Shown here: positions 1-10,260 of the stretch, one piece after another
Layout: every line of letters begins with the position of its first letter
Numbering within the stretch: the stretch's first letter is position 1
Source of the DNA: Macrostomum lignano
Lineage: Eukaryota
Assembly (NCBI GenBank): GCA_002269645.1
Contig: NIVC01000616.1
Coordinates: 62,001-126,000 of the forward strand
Length of the DNA: 64,000 bases
Reading direction: 5' to 3'
Made by a program: the position numbers and the translations under genes
Notes under the pieces: generated by a model
Database searches by the model: none
The model's input: only the letters and a program-made list of their open reading frames with translations
What the model was told of the DNA's origin: nothing

Positions 1-2433
1 CTACTGGTTTGGTCAACCGACGTGGATGAACACCTGAGAAGACTGGAGGAAATATTCAGCAAGTTGCGGCAAGCAAATTTGTGCCTGAAGCCCCAGAAGT
101 GTCACTTTTTGCAAAAGCAAGTGAAATTTCTCGGTCACACGCTGTCGGCTGCTGGCATCAGTACCGATGAGGAGAAAGTTCAAGAAGTGAAGAACTGGCC
201 AACACCGCGATCCTCGACGGAGCTGCATTCATTCTTGGGCCTGTGTGGCTATTACAGAAAGTTTATTAAAGATTTCGCCGCAATAGCAGCGCCTCTAACT
301 CGATTGACAACAAAAGACGCAAAGTTTGAATGGAAAACGGAACAGCAGCTGGCGTTCGAAACATTGAAGGAACGAATGACAAGTTCAGAGGTTATGGCTC
401 ATCCGGATTTCTCCCCGGATGCCGGAGAGTTTATCCTCGATACTGATGGCAGTTCGAAGATGGGCATAGGAGCGGTACTTTCTCAAGTCCAGCCAGATGG
501 AGCAGAACGAGTGATCGCCTATGGGTCCAAGACACTAAATCAAGCCGAACGCAACTATTGTACGACTCGTTTAGAACTACTAGCGGTTGTGACTTTCATC
601 ATGAAGTTCAGATACTATCTGCTTGGAAAAGCGTTCTGTCTGCGAACGGACCACAGCAGCCTGCAATGGTTAAAAAACTTCAGTGACGCCGAGGGACAGG
701 TTGCTCGCTGGTTGGAGAAGTTGGCTCCATTTCAGTACCGCATCGTTCACAGACCAGGTCGATCGCATGGCAACGCGGACGCAATGTCGAGGAAGCCAGT
801 ACGGAGACATTTCGGAGCGGAGACATGCCCGGCATGTGCGCAGCATCCAGAAGGACTAAATGCAGTCGAATTTGAACGATTCTCAGCCGGCAATCTGGCA
901 AGCGAGCAGGATCAAGACGACGATTTGAGAACAGTAAAGGAAGCGCTTGGCTCAAACCCAGTTCCAGATAAAAGCGAGACAGCTTGGAGTCCACTGGCTA
1001 GAGCCGTCTGGACTCGAAAAGACGACCTGGTGCTGCAAGAGAACGTGCTCCTTGTGAGAAACAAAGACAGGCGCGATGAGTATCAAATGGTGCTGCCACG
1101 AAAGGCATTGGATCGTATCTTGAAAACCCTACACGAGGGAGTGGGAGGTGGCCACATGGGCTTTGCGAAGACAAAATTTAAAGTGCTTCAGCGCTACTGG
1201 CGTCCAGGATTGTCTCGTGCCATTGAAGAATATATTCGCGGTTGTGCCACCTGCTGCAAGTCAAAGCCGGGCAAGCGAAACCGAGCACCCCTGCAACCGT
1301 TGACATTCGCAGCACCATTCGATTGCGTCATGATGGACATTGTCGGGCCGCTACCGCGGAGTAAGGCTGGAAACATTTATCTCCTGACAGTCCAAGATTC
1401 GTTTACGAAGTGGCCTGACGCGTACCCGCTTCGCAACCAGAAGGCAAGGACGGTGGCAAGGGCGCTTTTCAATCGATGGATTAGCCAGCATGGGTGTCCG
1501 AGTACTTTGCACAGCGACCAAGGAAGAAACTTCGAATCGCAAGTGATGCGCGAAATGTGCAGGATACTCGAGATCCGCAAGTCCAGAACAACAGCTTATC
1601 ATCCGAGCGGAAATGGACAAGTAGAAAACTTCAATAAAAGTTTAAAATCCATCCTCAAGTGCTGCCTAGAGGACTCAGGACGAAACGACTGGGAAGAATT
1701 CGTCAGCTCTGCGTTAATGGCGTACCGATCAAGCGTGCATCGAGCAACGGGTTATACTCCCCACTACATGGTCTATGGCACGGAGATGCGCCTACCGATA
1801 GACTTGACTGACCAGCCGCCACAGCCTGTCGATTCGCATGTAAATTTCGTCAAGGAGCTAGAAGACAAATTGCAGACAGCTCATCGCGCTGCTCGACAGC
1901 AGTTGAATACTTATCAGCGGCGACAGAAGGACCAGTACGATAAAAGAACCCGAGGATCCGATATTCAGGAGGGTGACCATGTCTTCGTCTACAGCCCCGC
2001 CCTGAAACCAGACGAAGCCGCAAAGTTTCACGTAAGCTGGCTCGGCCCAGTGAAGGTGCTCGAAAGAAGATCCGAGGTGCTCTTCAAAGTGGAAAACCCG
2101 TCAAATCGTAAAAAGTCGAAGTTCGTCCACTTCAACAACCTCCGGAAGTTCGCTCGACCGGCCGCCCTGGAAACACCAGTTAGGACCGCGGCACCGCCGG
2201 AGGTGGTCGACGAGACGGACTCGGAGACAGAGGCGGAATGCGAGACTTGGACTCGGCCTCAACTGATGCCGCCACAGGACGCCGAGGAAGTCGCCGAGGT
2301 GCTGGAAGAGCAGATGGAGTTGGTTGACGACCCGCAGCCTACTCATAACCCGGTGGAAGCTGCACCTGAGCCTCGAAGGTCCGGAAGGTTGCGACGGCCG
2401 CCGGATCGCTACGGCCAGCCAGTGACATTCTAA
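1..2433 (+). CDS. pol: Gypsy Pol polyprotein, C-terminal part (RT end, RNase H, integrase)
   Basis: Frame open from base 1; KCHFLQKQVKFLGH, RNase H ILDTDGS...ELLAVV...TDHSSL, integrase HHCC (HEGVGGGH, CATC), DDE (MDIVG, SDQG, VENFN), GPF/Y-like GPVKV. Confidence 0.97.
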   Translation, partial: LLVWSTDVDEHLRRLEEIFSKLRQANLCLKPQKCHFLQKQVKFLGHTLSAAGISTDEEKVQEVKNWPTPRSSTELHSFLGLCGYYRKFIKDFAAIAAPLTRLTTKDAKFEWKTEQQLAFETLKERMTSSEVMAHPDFSPDAGEFILDTDGSSKMGIGAVLSQVQPDGAERVIAYGSKTLNQAERNYCTTRLELLAVVTFIMKFRYYLLGKAFCLRTDHSSLQWLKNFSDAEGQVARWLEKLAPFQYRIVHRPGRSHGNADAMSRKPVRRHFGAETCPACAQHPEGLNAVEFERFSAGNLASEQDQDDDLRTVKEALGSNPVPDKSETAWSPLARAVWTRKDDLVLQENVLLVRNKDRRDEYQMVLPRKALDRILKTLHEGVGGGHMGFAKTKFKVLQRYWRPGLSRAIEEYIRGCATCCKSKPGKRNRAPLQPLTFAAPFDCVMMDIVGPLPRSKAGNIYLLTVQDSFTKWPDAYPLRNQKARTVARALFNRWISQHGCPSTLHSDQGRNFESQVMREMCRILEIRKSRTTAYHPSGNGQVENFNKSLKSILKCCLEDSGRNDWEEFVSSALMAYRSSVHRATGYTPHYMVYGTEMRLPIDLTDQPPQPVDSHVNFVKELEDKLQTAHRAARQQLNTYQRRQKDQYDKRTRGSDIQEGDHVFVYSPALKPDEAAKFHVSWLGPVKVLERRSEVLFKVENPSNRKKSKFVHFNNLRKFARPAALETPVRTAAPPEVVDETDSETEAECETWTRPQLMPPQDAEEVAEVLEEQMELVDDPQPTHNPVEAAPEPRRSGRLRRPPDRYGQPVTF

Positions 2434-2847
2434 TGGGTTACTCGTCATCGTGAAGTCTCATCAGTTTCATATGCGATTATCGTTAAAAGCCAGAAAAATA
2501 TTTCGCGAATGCGTCATTCATCATAAATACGAGTACTTCATCAATGCATCATTCATCATGAGTACGAGCAGTTCGCCAATGCGTCATTCAAGAAATTCGT
2601 TAATGCGTCATTAAGTCATTTTAATCGCATCTTCATCGAAGTTTTGACGAGAATCAAATTTTGCCTACAAAATCTATGCATCGGTGGAGGGTATTCGGAC
2701 TGGCATCCGGTGAAAACTCGAATTTGCGCTGGGACTTTACGATGCAGGGCCACGGTCCGAGGAGATGACGCTCTGGCAAGAGGGGAGCAGGAGTAAAATC
2801 TGGAGTCAGGGACAGTGTGTCGCAGGTTTGAGTACGTTGCTTTGCAG

Positions 2848-3795
2848 ATGGATTTGTACGCTGTCCTCCAAGTCGGACACACAGCCGAACGTGCCGAGAT
2901 CAGGCGAGTCTATCGACAGCTAGCGCTCTTCTGGCACCCGGACAAGCACCCGGACAAGGAACTCGCAGGACGCCGTTTCCAAGAAATTGAGACTGCTGGT
3001 AGAATTCTATCGTGTCCATATCGCCGAGCGATGTACGACCAGTTGGGCGATAAATCAATCCCGTATGACGAGGCTGTAACCTTCGCAATGACGTTCATAC
3101 CTCCTACTGGTGTAAGAATGCCGGCGGACATCAAAGAGGGAGCACAGCAAAGGCGAGAAGTTGAAGAAGCTCAGCGCAAGGAAGCTGGTCTCAGGCAGGG
3201 GAGACAGGGACAGAGGAACGATTACGAAGCGGATGGCTACATTCTAATCTCGGACGACGATGAGAGCGAGGAGTCGGATGAGTGTAGCATCGACACAGAA
3301 GAAGAAGACGAGTTGCTGGCATCGGATGGCTCCTCCGGAAGTAGTGAGTCAGAAGCTATGGAGATCGATGTACCGGAAAGCAAGGAGGTTGTCTCACATC
3401 GCGCGTCGGGAGCAATATGGGATGATGAAAAGCTGTCGTTATCGGCAGCTGCGCGTCAGCTCCGCCATCGTTTGATGAAGCATATTTTGGCTGGACAGTC
3501 GGACGGAATCGTGTCAGTGCTCACGGCTATGAGACGGCTGTTTCGAGACTCACAGCGAGAACCGAGGAGCGCACTGTCAGTGGTCCTGCTGCAGGCGTTG
3601 TTCTTCATCCGCAGAGATATCGCTCCGGTAAAGCGTCAGAGAGCAGGCCGCCGTTACTGGTCTAGGCAGAGTTTTGATTGTTTCGTCCGACAGCTCTGTC
3701 ACGAGCTCATCCCGCTGTTCGGTTTGCGCCGGCCCGGCAGGCTGCTCGAGGTCCTGAAAAGCTGCGTCGGTCTCCCTGGACTTCGGGTTCGCTAG
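2848..3795 (+). CDS. J-domain (DnaJ/Hsp40-like) accessory protein inside the Gypsy element, 315 aa
   Basis: DLYAVLQV...IRRVYRQLALFWHPDKHPD...FQEIETAGRILS...RRAMYD is a complete J-domain with HPD; then an acidic tract and a helical C-terminus; ATG preceded by the acceptor-like ttgctttgcAG. Confidence 0.85.
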   Translation: MDLYAVLQVGHTAERAEIRRVYRQLALFWHPDKHPDKELAGRRFQEIETAGRILSCPYRRAMYDQLGDKSIPYDEAVTFAMTFIPPTGVRMPADIKEGAQQRREVEEAQRKEAGLRQGRQGQRNDYEADGYILISDDDESEESDECSIDTEEEDELLASDGSSGSSESEAMEIDVPESKEVVSHRASGAIWDDEKLSLSAAARQLRHRLMKHILAGQSDGIVSVLTAMRRLFRDSQREPRSALSVVLLQALFFIRRDIAPVKRQRAGRRYWSRQSFDCFVRQLCHELIPLFGLRRPGRLLEVLKSCVGLPGLRVR

Positions 3796-3918
3796 GGTGC
3801 CCAGTTCCGATTCATACTGTATTTTCTGCTTACTTGTATGTATGTTGTTACGCTCGTACTGTATGGGTTTATTTGCATGCTAGTGGGGTCAAGCTTCCTG
3901 GGGAATGGCTCAGCAGCT

Positions 3919-4410
3919 GTGCGGCGGCCACGTGCGCTTCCTGCCGGCTTCTGCGGCGGCCACGTGCGCTTCCTGCCGGCTTCTGCGGCGGCCACCGGCG
4001 CTTCCTGCCGGCTTCTGCGGCGGCCACCTGCGCTTCCTGCCGGCTTCTGCGGCGGCCACCTGCGCTTCCTGCCGGCTTCTGCGGCGGCCACCTGCGCTTC
4101 CTGCCGGCTTCTGCGGCGGCCACGTGCGCTTCCCGCCCGGCCATCTGCGCGCCTCGCCCGGCCGCCTTCGCGTCTTGCCGGCCACCTGCGTGCCCTGCTG
4201 GCCATCTGCGCGTCCTGTCGGCAACCTGCGCTTCCTGCCCGGCCATCTGCGCGTCCTGTCGGCAACCTGCGCTTCCCGCCCGGCCATCTGCGCTTCCTGT
4301 CGGCAACCTGCGCTTCCCGCCCGGCCATCTGCGCTTCCTGCCGGCCACCTGCGTGTCCTGTCGGCAACTTGCGCGTCCCGCCCGGCCATCTGCTCGTCCT
4401 GCCGGCCGCC
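3919..4410. repeat. GC-rich tandem repeats (~32-bp GCGGCGGCCACCTGCGCTTCCTGCCGGCTTCT, grading into a related unit)
   Basis: Directly visible; produces overlapping spurious ORFs in many frames. Confidence 0.9.
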
Positions 4411-4658
4411 TGCGATGGTTTTCTGTGCCGCCAGCTTTGAAAGCCTATTCCGTGCCCCGTGGTTGCTCCTGACGAACTCGCGTGCAGAATACTAGTACCT
4501 TTTTCATATTTCTCTTGCGGCAACCTTTTTTTTGCTTTTCCCTGTTGCATTAGTTTGTTCCCAATTTTTTTGTTGTTTTTGATAGTTTATTTCGCTTTGT
4601 TATTTCAAAATTTTTTGTCCCAGTCGCCGTGGTTCGAGCTCCGCCCTGTTTTTTTTGT

Positions 4659-4670
4659 AGGAGGGGAGGG
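4659..4670 (+). other. Polypurine tract of Gypsy element 1
   Basis: T-run then AGGAGGGGAGGG immediately before TGTAGT. Confidence 0.7.
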
Positions 4671-5540
4671 TGTAGTGCATGCGCCCTTGTCAGTTGGCAG
4701 GGCGCGTTGCACTTTGGGGCTGGTTGGGGGGGTTGGCGGGCGTGGCAGGGTCTGGCCCCGGCCGGGCTTTGCGCGTGCCCCTCCCCAGCCGTGCCCCTGC
4801 CCCGTGCTCAGGGCTGGTTGGCTGCGGCCGGGCCAGCTTTGGCGCGGGTGCAGCCCCTCCCCCCTTAGGCGGGGTTTTGATTGGCTGGGCCGGCGTGGTT
4901 TGTTTTGGTGAGCTTAGCCGGTGGGGCCGTCTGCCCCAGGGTTTGGGTGCTATTTATGGTGCGACTCTGGCTCTTGCCCACCACCTGCGTGCTTTTTGTG
5001 TTTTGGTGTGCTCCGAGAGTGCAAGCGCGAGACCTGATAAAAGAAACAGCAACATTAGCTACTTGGATAAAAGAAACACAATAGCCTAATTGAGAAGAGT
5101 CTTGGAGAATTAAGAAGAAGTCGGAAACTGCGCTTGAGACCAGCGAATAATAAACGGTGAACAGTCATCTGGCCACTGGTAAGCCGCCTGCTGTTTGAGT
5201 CCTTTCTTTCCGGGAAGCTTGCTAGGCCGAATTCTTGCCAGAGCGTCATAACGCCGGGAGACCATATAGCTTCTGTAGTACGGTACCGTTTACCATATAT
5301 ATTGCGTACGCCTTACGGTATAGAGAATAGAAGCACTCGAGAGTGTCACCACACCTCAAGCCGCAGCGTGAACTCTGAGTGTCACAACACCAGAGGGATC
5401 GAATTATTATCGCAGAGCGTCGCCACGCCTGCTCGTCGTATTCATAAAAGTACAGACAGAGCGTCACAACGCCTGTTATTTCACATATAATATATATTGT
5501 ACTCGGGACTGGGCACCCAAGCCGACCCGGGTTACAACAT
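4671..5540 (+). repeat. Putative 3' LTR of Gypsy element 1 (end uncertain)
   Basis: Starts with TG right after the PPT; TATA-like stretches at ~5295 and ~5490; partner LTR is outside the window. Confidence 0.5.
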
Positions 5541-5879
5541 TTTGTTTAACTTCAGCATAGAAGATTTTAACTATTATGCTGGCCTTACCATCGCACAGCT
5601 GATTCTGGAGCAAGCCGTGCTTGCTTTAGTCTATGTGACGGAGGCAGACAATTCAATTGGAATGATTGAACCGCCGACCAAGCAAAAGACGTGGCTTTGG
5701 CGGCTTTGGCAGCACTGATCAATAACTATATAATAAACTGATTTTTTGGTAATTGGTGCACTCTGCGGGTGCTTTGTAACACTAAGCAATTTAAAAAAAT
5801 TATGCCTAAATTTTTGAATAGCTTTTGAATACGTAAAAATAGCTTTAAAGATTGCAACAATTGAAATTAGAAAGGTTAA

Positions 5880-6209
5880 GAAGCAACAAGCTTTTGGTGT
5901 CGTAAATTGGCCAATTAACAATTTACCACTTGAAGCACATTTGCCCGGCGGATATCAGTTTTGTGGTCCAGGTACTCAACTACAAGCTAGGCTTGCAAAG
6001 GGACGAGGAATTAATCGGCTTGACATTTGTGCATGATTCACGACGTGGCCTATGATAAAAATTCTGACGTGCAAGAGAGGTTTAAAGCGGATAAGCTGTT
6101 TGTATTTGGTGCACAAGAGATTGCCCACGATCCATCTACTGGTTGGAGAGAAAAGCTGCTGCGAAGTTATAGGTTATGCATGCAAGTTAAGCAACGCTTT
6201 GGTGCTTGA
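5880..6209 (+). pseudogene. Parvovirus-VP1u-like PLA2 domain gene, frameshifted
   Basis: NWPINNLPLEAHLPGGYQFCGPGTQLQARL...INRLD / shift / CMIHDVAYDKNSD...RFKADK. Confidence 0.8.
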
Positions 6210-6245
6210 AAATGCACTCATACAATACGAGTATGCAGCTAGCTC

Positions 6246-6900
6246 ATGATTCTACATTTACGAGCTATTATTGCTGGACCTTCAAACTCGGGTAAAACTG
6301 AACGGACTTTGCGTTTGCTGACTCAACGAAAAGAATTATTTGATAAAAACACGCCTTGTTTGGTGCAATGGATCAAGTTTGAAATCAGACGAGCAACAAC
6401 AAATTAGAACATGCTGGGAAAAGACTGGCCTTGGCCCTATCGTTTTTGTGCCCGAATTTACGCCGCAGATGATTAATTGTTTTTTACCACACGATTTGCT
6501 TGTTGTTGATGACTTGCGAAGTGAGATTGCTAAGTTGCCAGAATTTACGAGCGTACTAGTATGTTTACAAAGCATGCGCATTATATTCCTTTGACTGGTC
6601 TGTATCTTTGACAAGGTCTTTTTAACCCATCTGATCCAGAAGCGCGCATGCGAAGTTTATCAGCTAGTTATATTTGTCTAACTCGTAGTGTGCACGATCG
6701 AACCACAGTTAAACATCTCGGTCGACAAATAATACTCAATAATACGATCAAAGAAAAACTATTGGGGTCGTGTTTGGGCAAAAGCAGACTTGGATGCTTA
6801 CGTTTCCTGGCAACCGTACGCGTCTGGTACAGATGAAAAATTTGCCTGGCTTTTACGAAATTCAGGTGAAAAACTATTGGGTTAGAACTACCAGTTACAT
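6246..6900 (+). pseudogene. A32/FtsK-like packaging ATPase, frameshifted
   Basis: Walker A IIAGPSNSGKT at the start, Walker B LLVVDDL, then SASYICLTRSVHDRTTVKHLGRQ. Confidence 0.75.
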
Positions 6901-6949
6901 TTAGGGAAGCTTTCAAATTTGACTTTTAGAAGAAACTTTCTGGATTAGT

Positions 6950-7412
6950 CTCGGAAAAAAATTACCAAAGCCTACCGCTGGCAGTGTACTATTGTGTTCT
7001 ATCGCCTGGTGATTCTACAAGACTTGTTTCGCTATCTATCTATTTATCTATTTTTGGAGACTATCTTCAAAAAACGGAAGGAGAGATTGTACATCAAACT
7101 ACACCAATATTGGTTGAGAAATCGTATTTGGCACAATAACAAAATTTACTTGGATGATGTGTAATCGAGTATTAAGCAGTGGGAAGTACATCAGTACCGT
7201 TGCTTCGAGTTGTGGAACTCCGACAAAAGAAAAACGGAGAACTTGTACGCAATAGCAGTGCATTGCGAACGCCCTGCTATTTGAAAACAAATCGAAAACA
7301 AATCCAAGAGATTTCTATTCGACTGTCGGACCAGCGCGGAAAGCCGTTTAATTTTCATCCTAAAGCACACGTTTTTTTCGTACTGCATTTTAGACGTAGG
7401 TCTAACTTATAA
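6950..7412 (+). pseudogene. Minor capsid (penton) gene remnant
   Basis: C-terminal PLLRVV...ISIRLSDQRGKPFNF...FVLHFRRR matches the Polinton penton tail. Confidence 0.6.
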
Positions 7413-7539
7413 GCAAAGATTAATTGTTTTAAAGAAAATTTAGTGAATTTCTTTTGTAAGAATGAGCGAACTAACAGAAAAAGGAAAACGAAATGCTCGC
7501 TTGTTGTGTCAATGTGCTTTTCTACTTCAAATTGTGTGT

Positions 7540-7886
7540 TGGCTAAAGCATCCAAAGCAGAGAAAAAGTTTTTTTTAAATACTTTCAGAGTCTGAGATAC
7601 GGTGTCTAGTAGACTGTTTAATATTATTAGTGGTCATAATAAAATTAGTAACAGTAACAAAAGACGACTTGAGAAGCATCGCAGATATATAAGTTAGCTT
7701 TTGGAACAGAAGACTCCAATTACTGCAAAAAAGAAAATTCTTGTCCAGCACGGAGGATTTTTACTTTTTTGGCTCCAATAATTGCTGCTCTACCAGTTAA
7801 AAGCACTGCGCTTGGGATAACGTCTGGAGTAGTTGGTACCGCCGCGGGAGGAGCAAATGTAATACGATCAATTAAACGAAAGTAGG
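7540..7886 (+). pseudogene. Basic core-protein-like gene remnant
   Basis: KKKILVQHGGFLLFLAPIIAAL: basic tract, GG, then hydrophobic segment, typical of Polintons. Confidence 0.6.
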
Positions 7887-8691
7887 AATGCGAGCTAAGG
7901 AGAGTAGTAGTTTTCAACGAATGTACCATTAGTACCTGAATCTGTATCAATCTACATGTCAGGGTGTAGAGCAAGGACAACCAGCTGAGGTACCTCGAAA
8001 AACTGAGACATGCCTCAAGATGCTCTTTCAAAAAATATGATGGAAATGAGAGATCAAATGGATAACTTGGACAAGGAAATCGAAAAGGAGCGGATTGGAA
8101 GACAAACTTTTAAAATTGCGCAGAGTCTATCGCGCAACAACGAGGACAAGGACAGCGAACCGCTTGTTCGCAAAGGAACTAATGTAAGAAGTAATACAAG
8201 TGGCAAATTTCTAAAGTTTTTTTTACCATGCTTCGAAGCTCTCACGCAAAGTCTATTTTCGGACACGAATGCAGAACCAATGCCGGCTAATCTGACTGAT
8301 GTCGAGATACAAGATCTCATGGAATGTGTTGTTCAAGACAAATCGCTTAAGTGACACAACCGACTAAAACAATTTTTATGATTTTAATGATTTTAAAATG
8401 CATTTAAAATGCACAGGACTTTCATAGCTATTTGTAATGTAAATCAAGATAGAAAATCATAAACAGCGCGACACGAAGACGCAGCTCTAATCCAAATCCT
8501 CTATACTAAAAATATAAAGCTATATAGCTTCTATAGTAGCTGTTACTATTACTGAAAAGTACATATCAATGTGTATAAATTTTCTAAATAATTATCTAAG
8601 TACTAAGAATAGTAATGCTAAGAATATGCTAAACAATTCATAAAGTTTTATATCCCGTAAACCAGACATGCTCATTTAAGGACAACACTAC

Positions 8692-8833
8692 TTTTAGTAA
8701 TCCTAAGGCTCATCTCAGATACACAGCGAATGATCATCCTATGACCCATTGTCCTATTGTTGCGAACAAAACGGTTTTCAGTACTTATTTTTCAGTTCTA
8801 AAATAAGGTGTTAACCAAAATTTGTCAACCTTG
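8692..8833 (+). repeat. ~140-bp dispersed direct repeat, copy 1 (copy 2 at 10120-10260)
   Basis: TTTTAGTAATCC.AAGGCTC.TCTCAGATACACAGCGAATGATCATCC...TTTGTCAACCTTG occurs twice. Confidence 0.9.
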
Positions 8834-9332
8834 CCCCTGCAATTGCAATTGCCGCATTTGCAGTTGAAAACGTGAAGGCCAGACGAGTTTACAATGAGAA
8901 GCGAGGGTGTGGAGAACAATGGGGCGCTGCATGGCATTGACAGTGCAAGTGTTGACTTCATCTGACAATGCGCTAGCCAACTTGGTGAACAGCGGCGGAC
9001 AAGCAGAGACCCTGTGGAGTAAACAGTTTTGTAATTCATAGATGACTGCGATCTGGGGGATGCTTGCTATCTTGGGGATGTTTTTTAGGGGGAATGCCTG
9101 CTATCTTTGCAAAGGCTTTATTTGTATAATTGCCACATCGCTGCTCACGGATGATGGAGAATGCCCCATCACTGCCTACGGATGCTGGAGAATGTCGATC
9201 ACTGCCTACGGATGATGGAGAATGATCCATCACTGCCTACGGATGCTGGGGAATGTCGATCACTGCCTACGGATGCTAAAGAATGCTCCATCACTGCCTA
9301 GGGATGCTGAAGAATGACCATCACTCCCTACA

Positions 9333-9632
9333 CATACATGCGCAACAGTCGGCCGAGTCGGCCGATCCGGCCGACCGATTTGGCGGCCAACCAAGGAAGT
9401 CGCAAAAATGCCCACCCGAAAAAAACCACCAAGTAGTAGTACTAAGTAGCTGACGAGGCATTTTGGATTTTTAAGACAGTTATAGTTACTCCTGCCGTTT
9501 ACCCAAAGTTGCGTTTATTTTGCTTTCGGGTTTTTTTTACATGTAAGTCGCATTTTTGGCCAAAAACTACGTCGCATTTTTGTTAAAACTAAGTCGCACG
9601 GCCGACCGAATTTTGAACGTTGCGCATGTATG
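9333..9632. mobile_element. hAT-type MITE, 300 bp
   Basis: 14-bp TIR CATACATGCGCAAC / GTTGCGCATGTATG; 8-bp flanks TCCCTACA / TCCCTATA. Confidence 0.8.
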
Positions 9633-9732
9633 TCCCTATAGGTGCTGGAGAGTGCCCATTCACAGCCTACGGATGCTGGAGAATACCATCACTGCCTACG
9701 GATGCTGGAGAATGTCGATCACTGCCTACGGA

Positions 9733-9904
9733 CATACATGCGCAACGTTGGGAATCACTCGGCCGTTTCTATTGGCAACACACACATGTAAGTCGCTATT
9801 GGCTGAGAGCAGTCACGTGACTACTATTCCGTCCCATAGCGACTTACATGTGTGTGTTGCCAATAGAAACGGCCGGGTGAATCCCTAGGTTGCGCCCAAG
9901 CATG
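9733..9904. mobile_element. hAT-type MITE, 172 bp, with internal 40-bp hairpin
   Basis: Left TIR CATACATGCGCAAC, degenerate right end GTTGCGC...CATG, exact 8-bp TSD CCTACGGA; inverted arms 9760-9799 / 9836-9875. Confidence 0.75.
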
Positions 9905-10119
9905 CCTACGGATGATGGAGAAGGATCCATCACTGCCTACGGATGCTGGAGAATGTCGATCACTGCCTACGGATGATGGAGAATGATCTATCACAGCCTA
10001 CAGATGATGGAGAATGATCCATCACTGCCTACGGATGCTGGAGAATGTCGATCACTGCCTACGGATGATGGAGAATGATCCATCACTGCCTACGGATGCT
10101 GGAGAATGTCGATCACTGC

Positions 10120-10260
10120 TTTTAGTAATCCGAAGGCTCGTCTCAGATACACAGCGAATGATCATCCTATGACCCATTGTCCTATTGTTGCAAAAAACAG
10201 TTTTCAGTAACTTATTTTTCAGTTCTAAAATATGGTGTTAACCCAAATTTGTCAACCTTG
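10120..10260 (+). repeat. ~140-bp dispersed direct repeat, copy 2
   Basis: Near-identical to 8692-8833. Confidence 0.9.

Larger units (their letters stand above)
1..5540 (+). mobile_element. Ty3/Gypsy LTR retrotransposon 1 (5' part outside window; right end approximate)
   Basis: pol with RT-RNaseH-INT order, extra ORF, purine tract 4659-4670 directly followed by TGTAGT; possible LTR end at ...GTTACAACA ~5540 is a guess. Confidence 0.85.
5860..8354 (+). mobile_element. Decayed Polinton/Maverick remnant (different lineage from the intact element)
   Basis: Colinear frameshifted fragments of PLA2-like, ATPase, penton and GG-motif core protein genes. Confidence 0.8.
9140..10120. repeat. 31-bp minisatellite (CACTGCCTACGGATGATGGAGAATGATCCAT), interrupted by two MITEs
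   Basis: Direct reading; 31-aa translational periodicity equals 3 x 31 nt. Confidence 0.9.
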
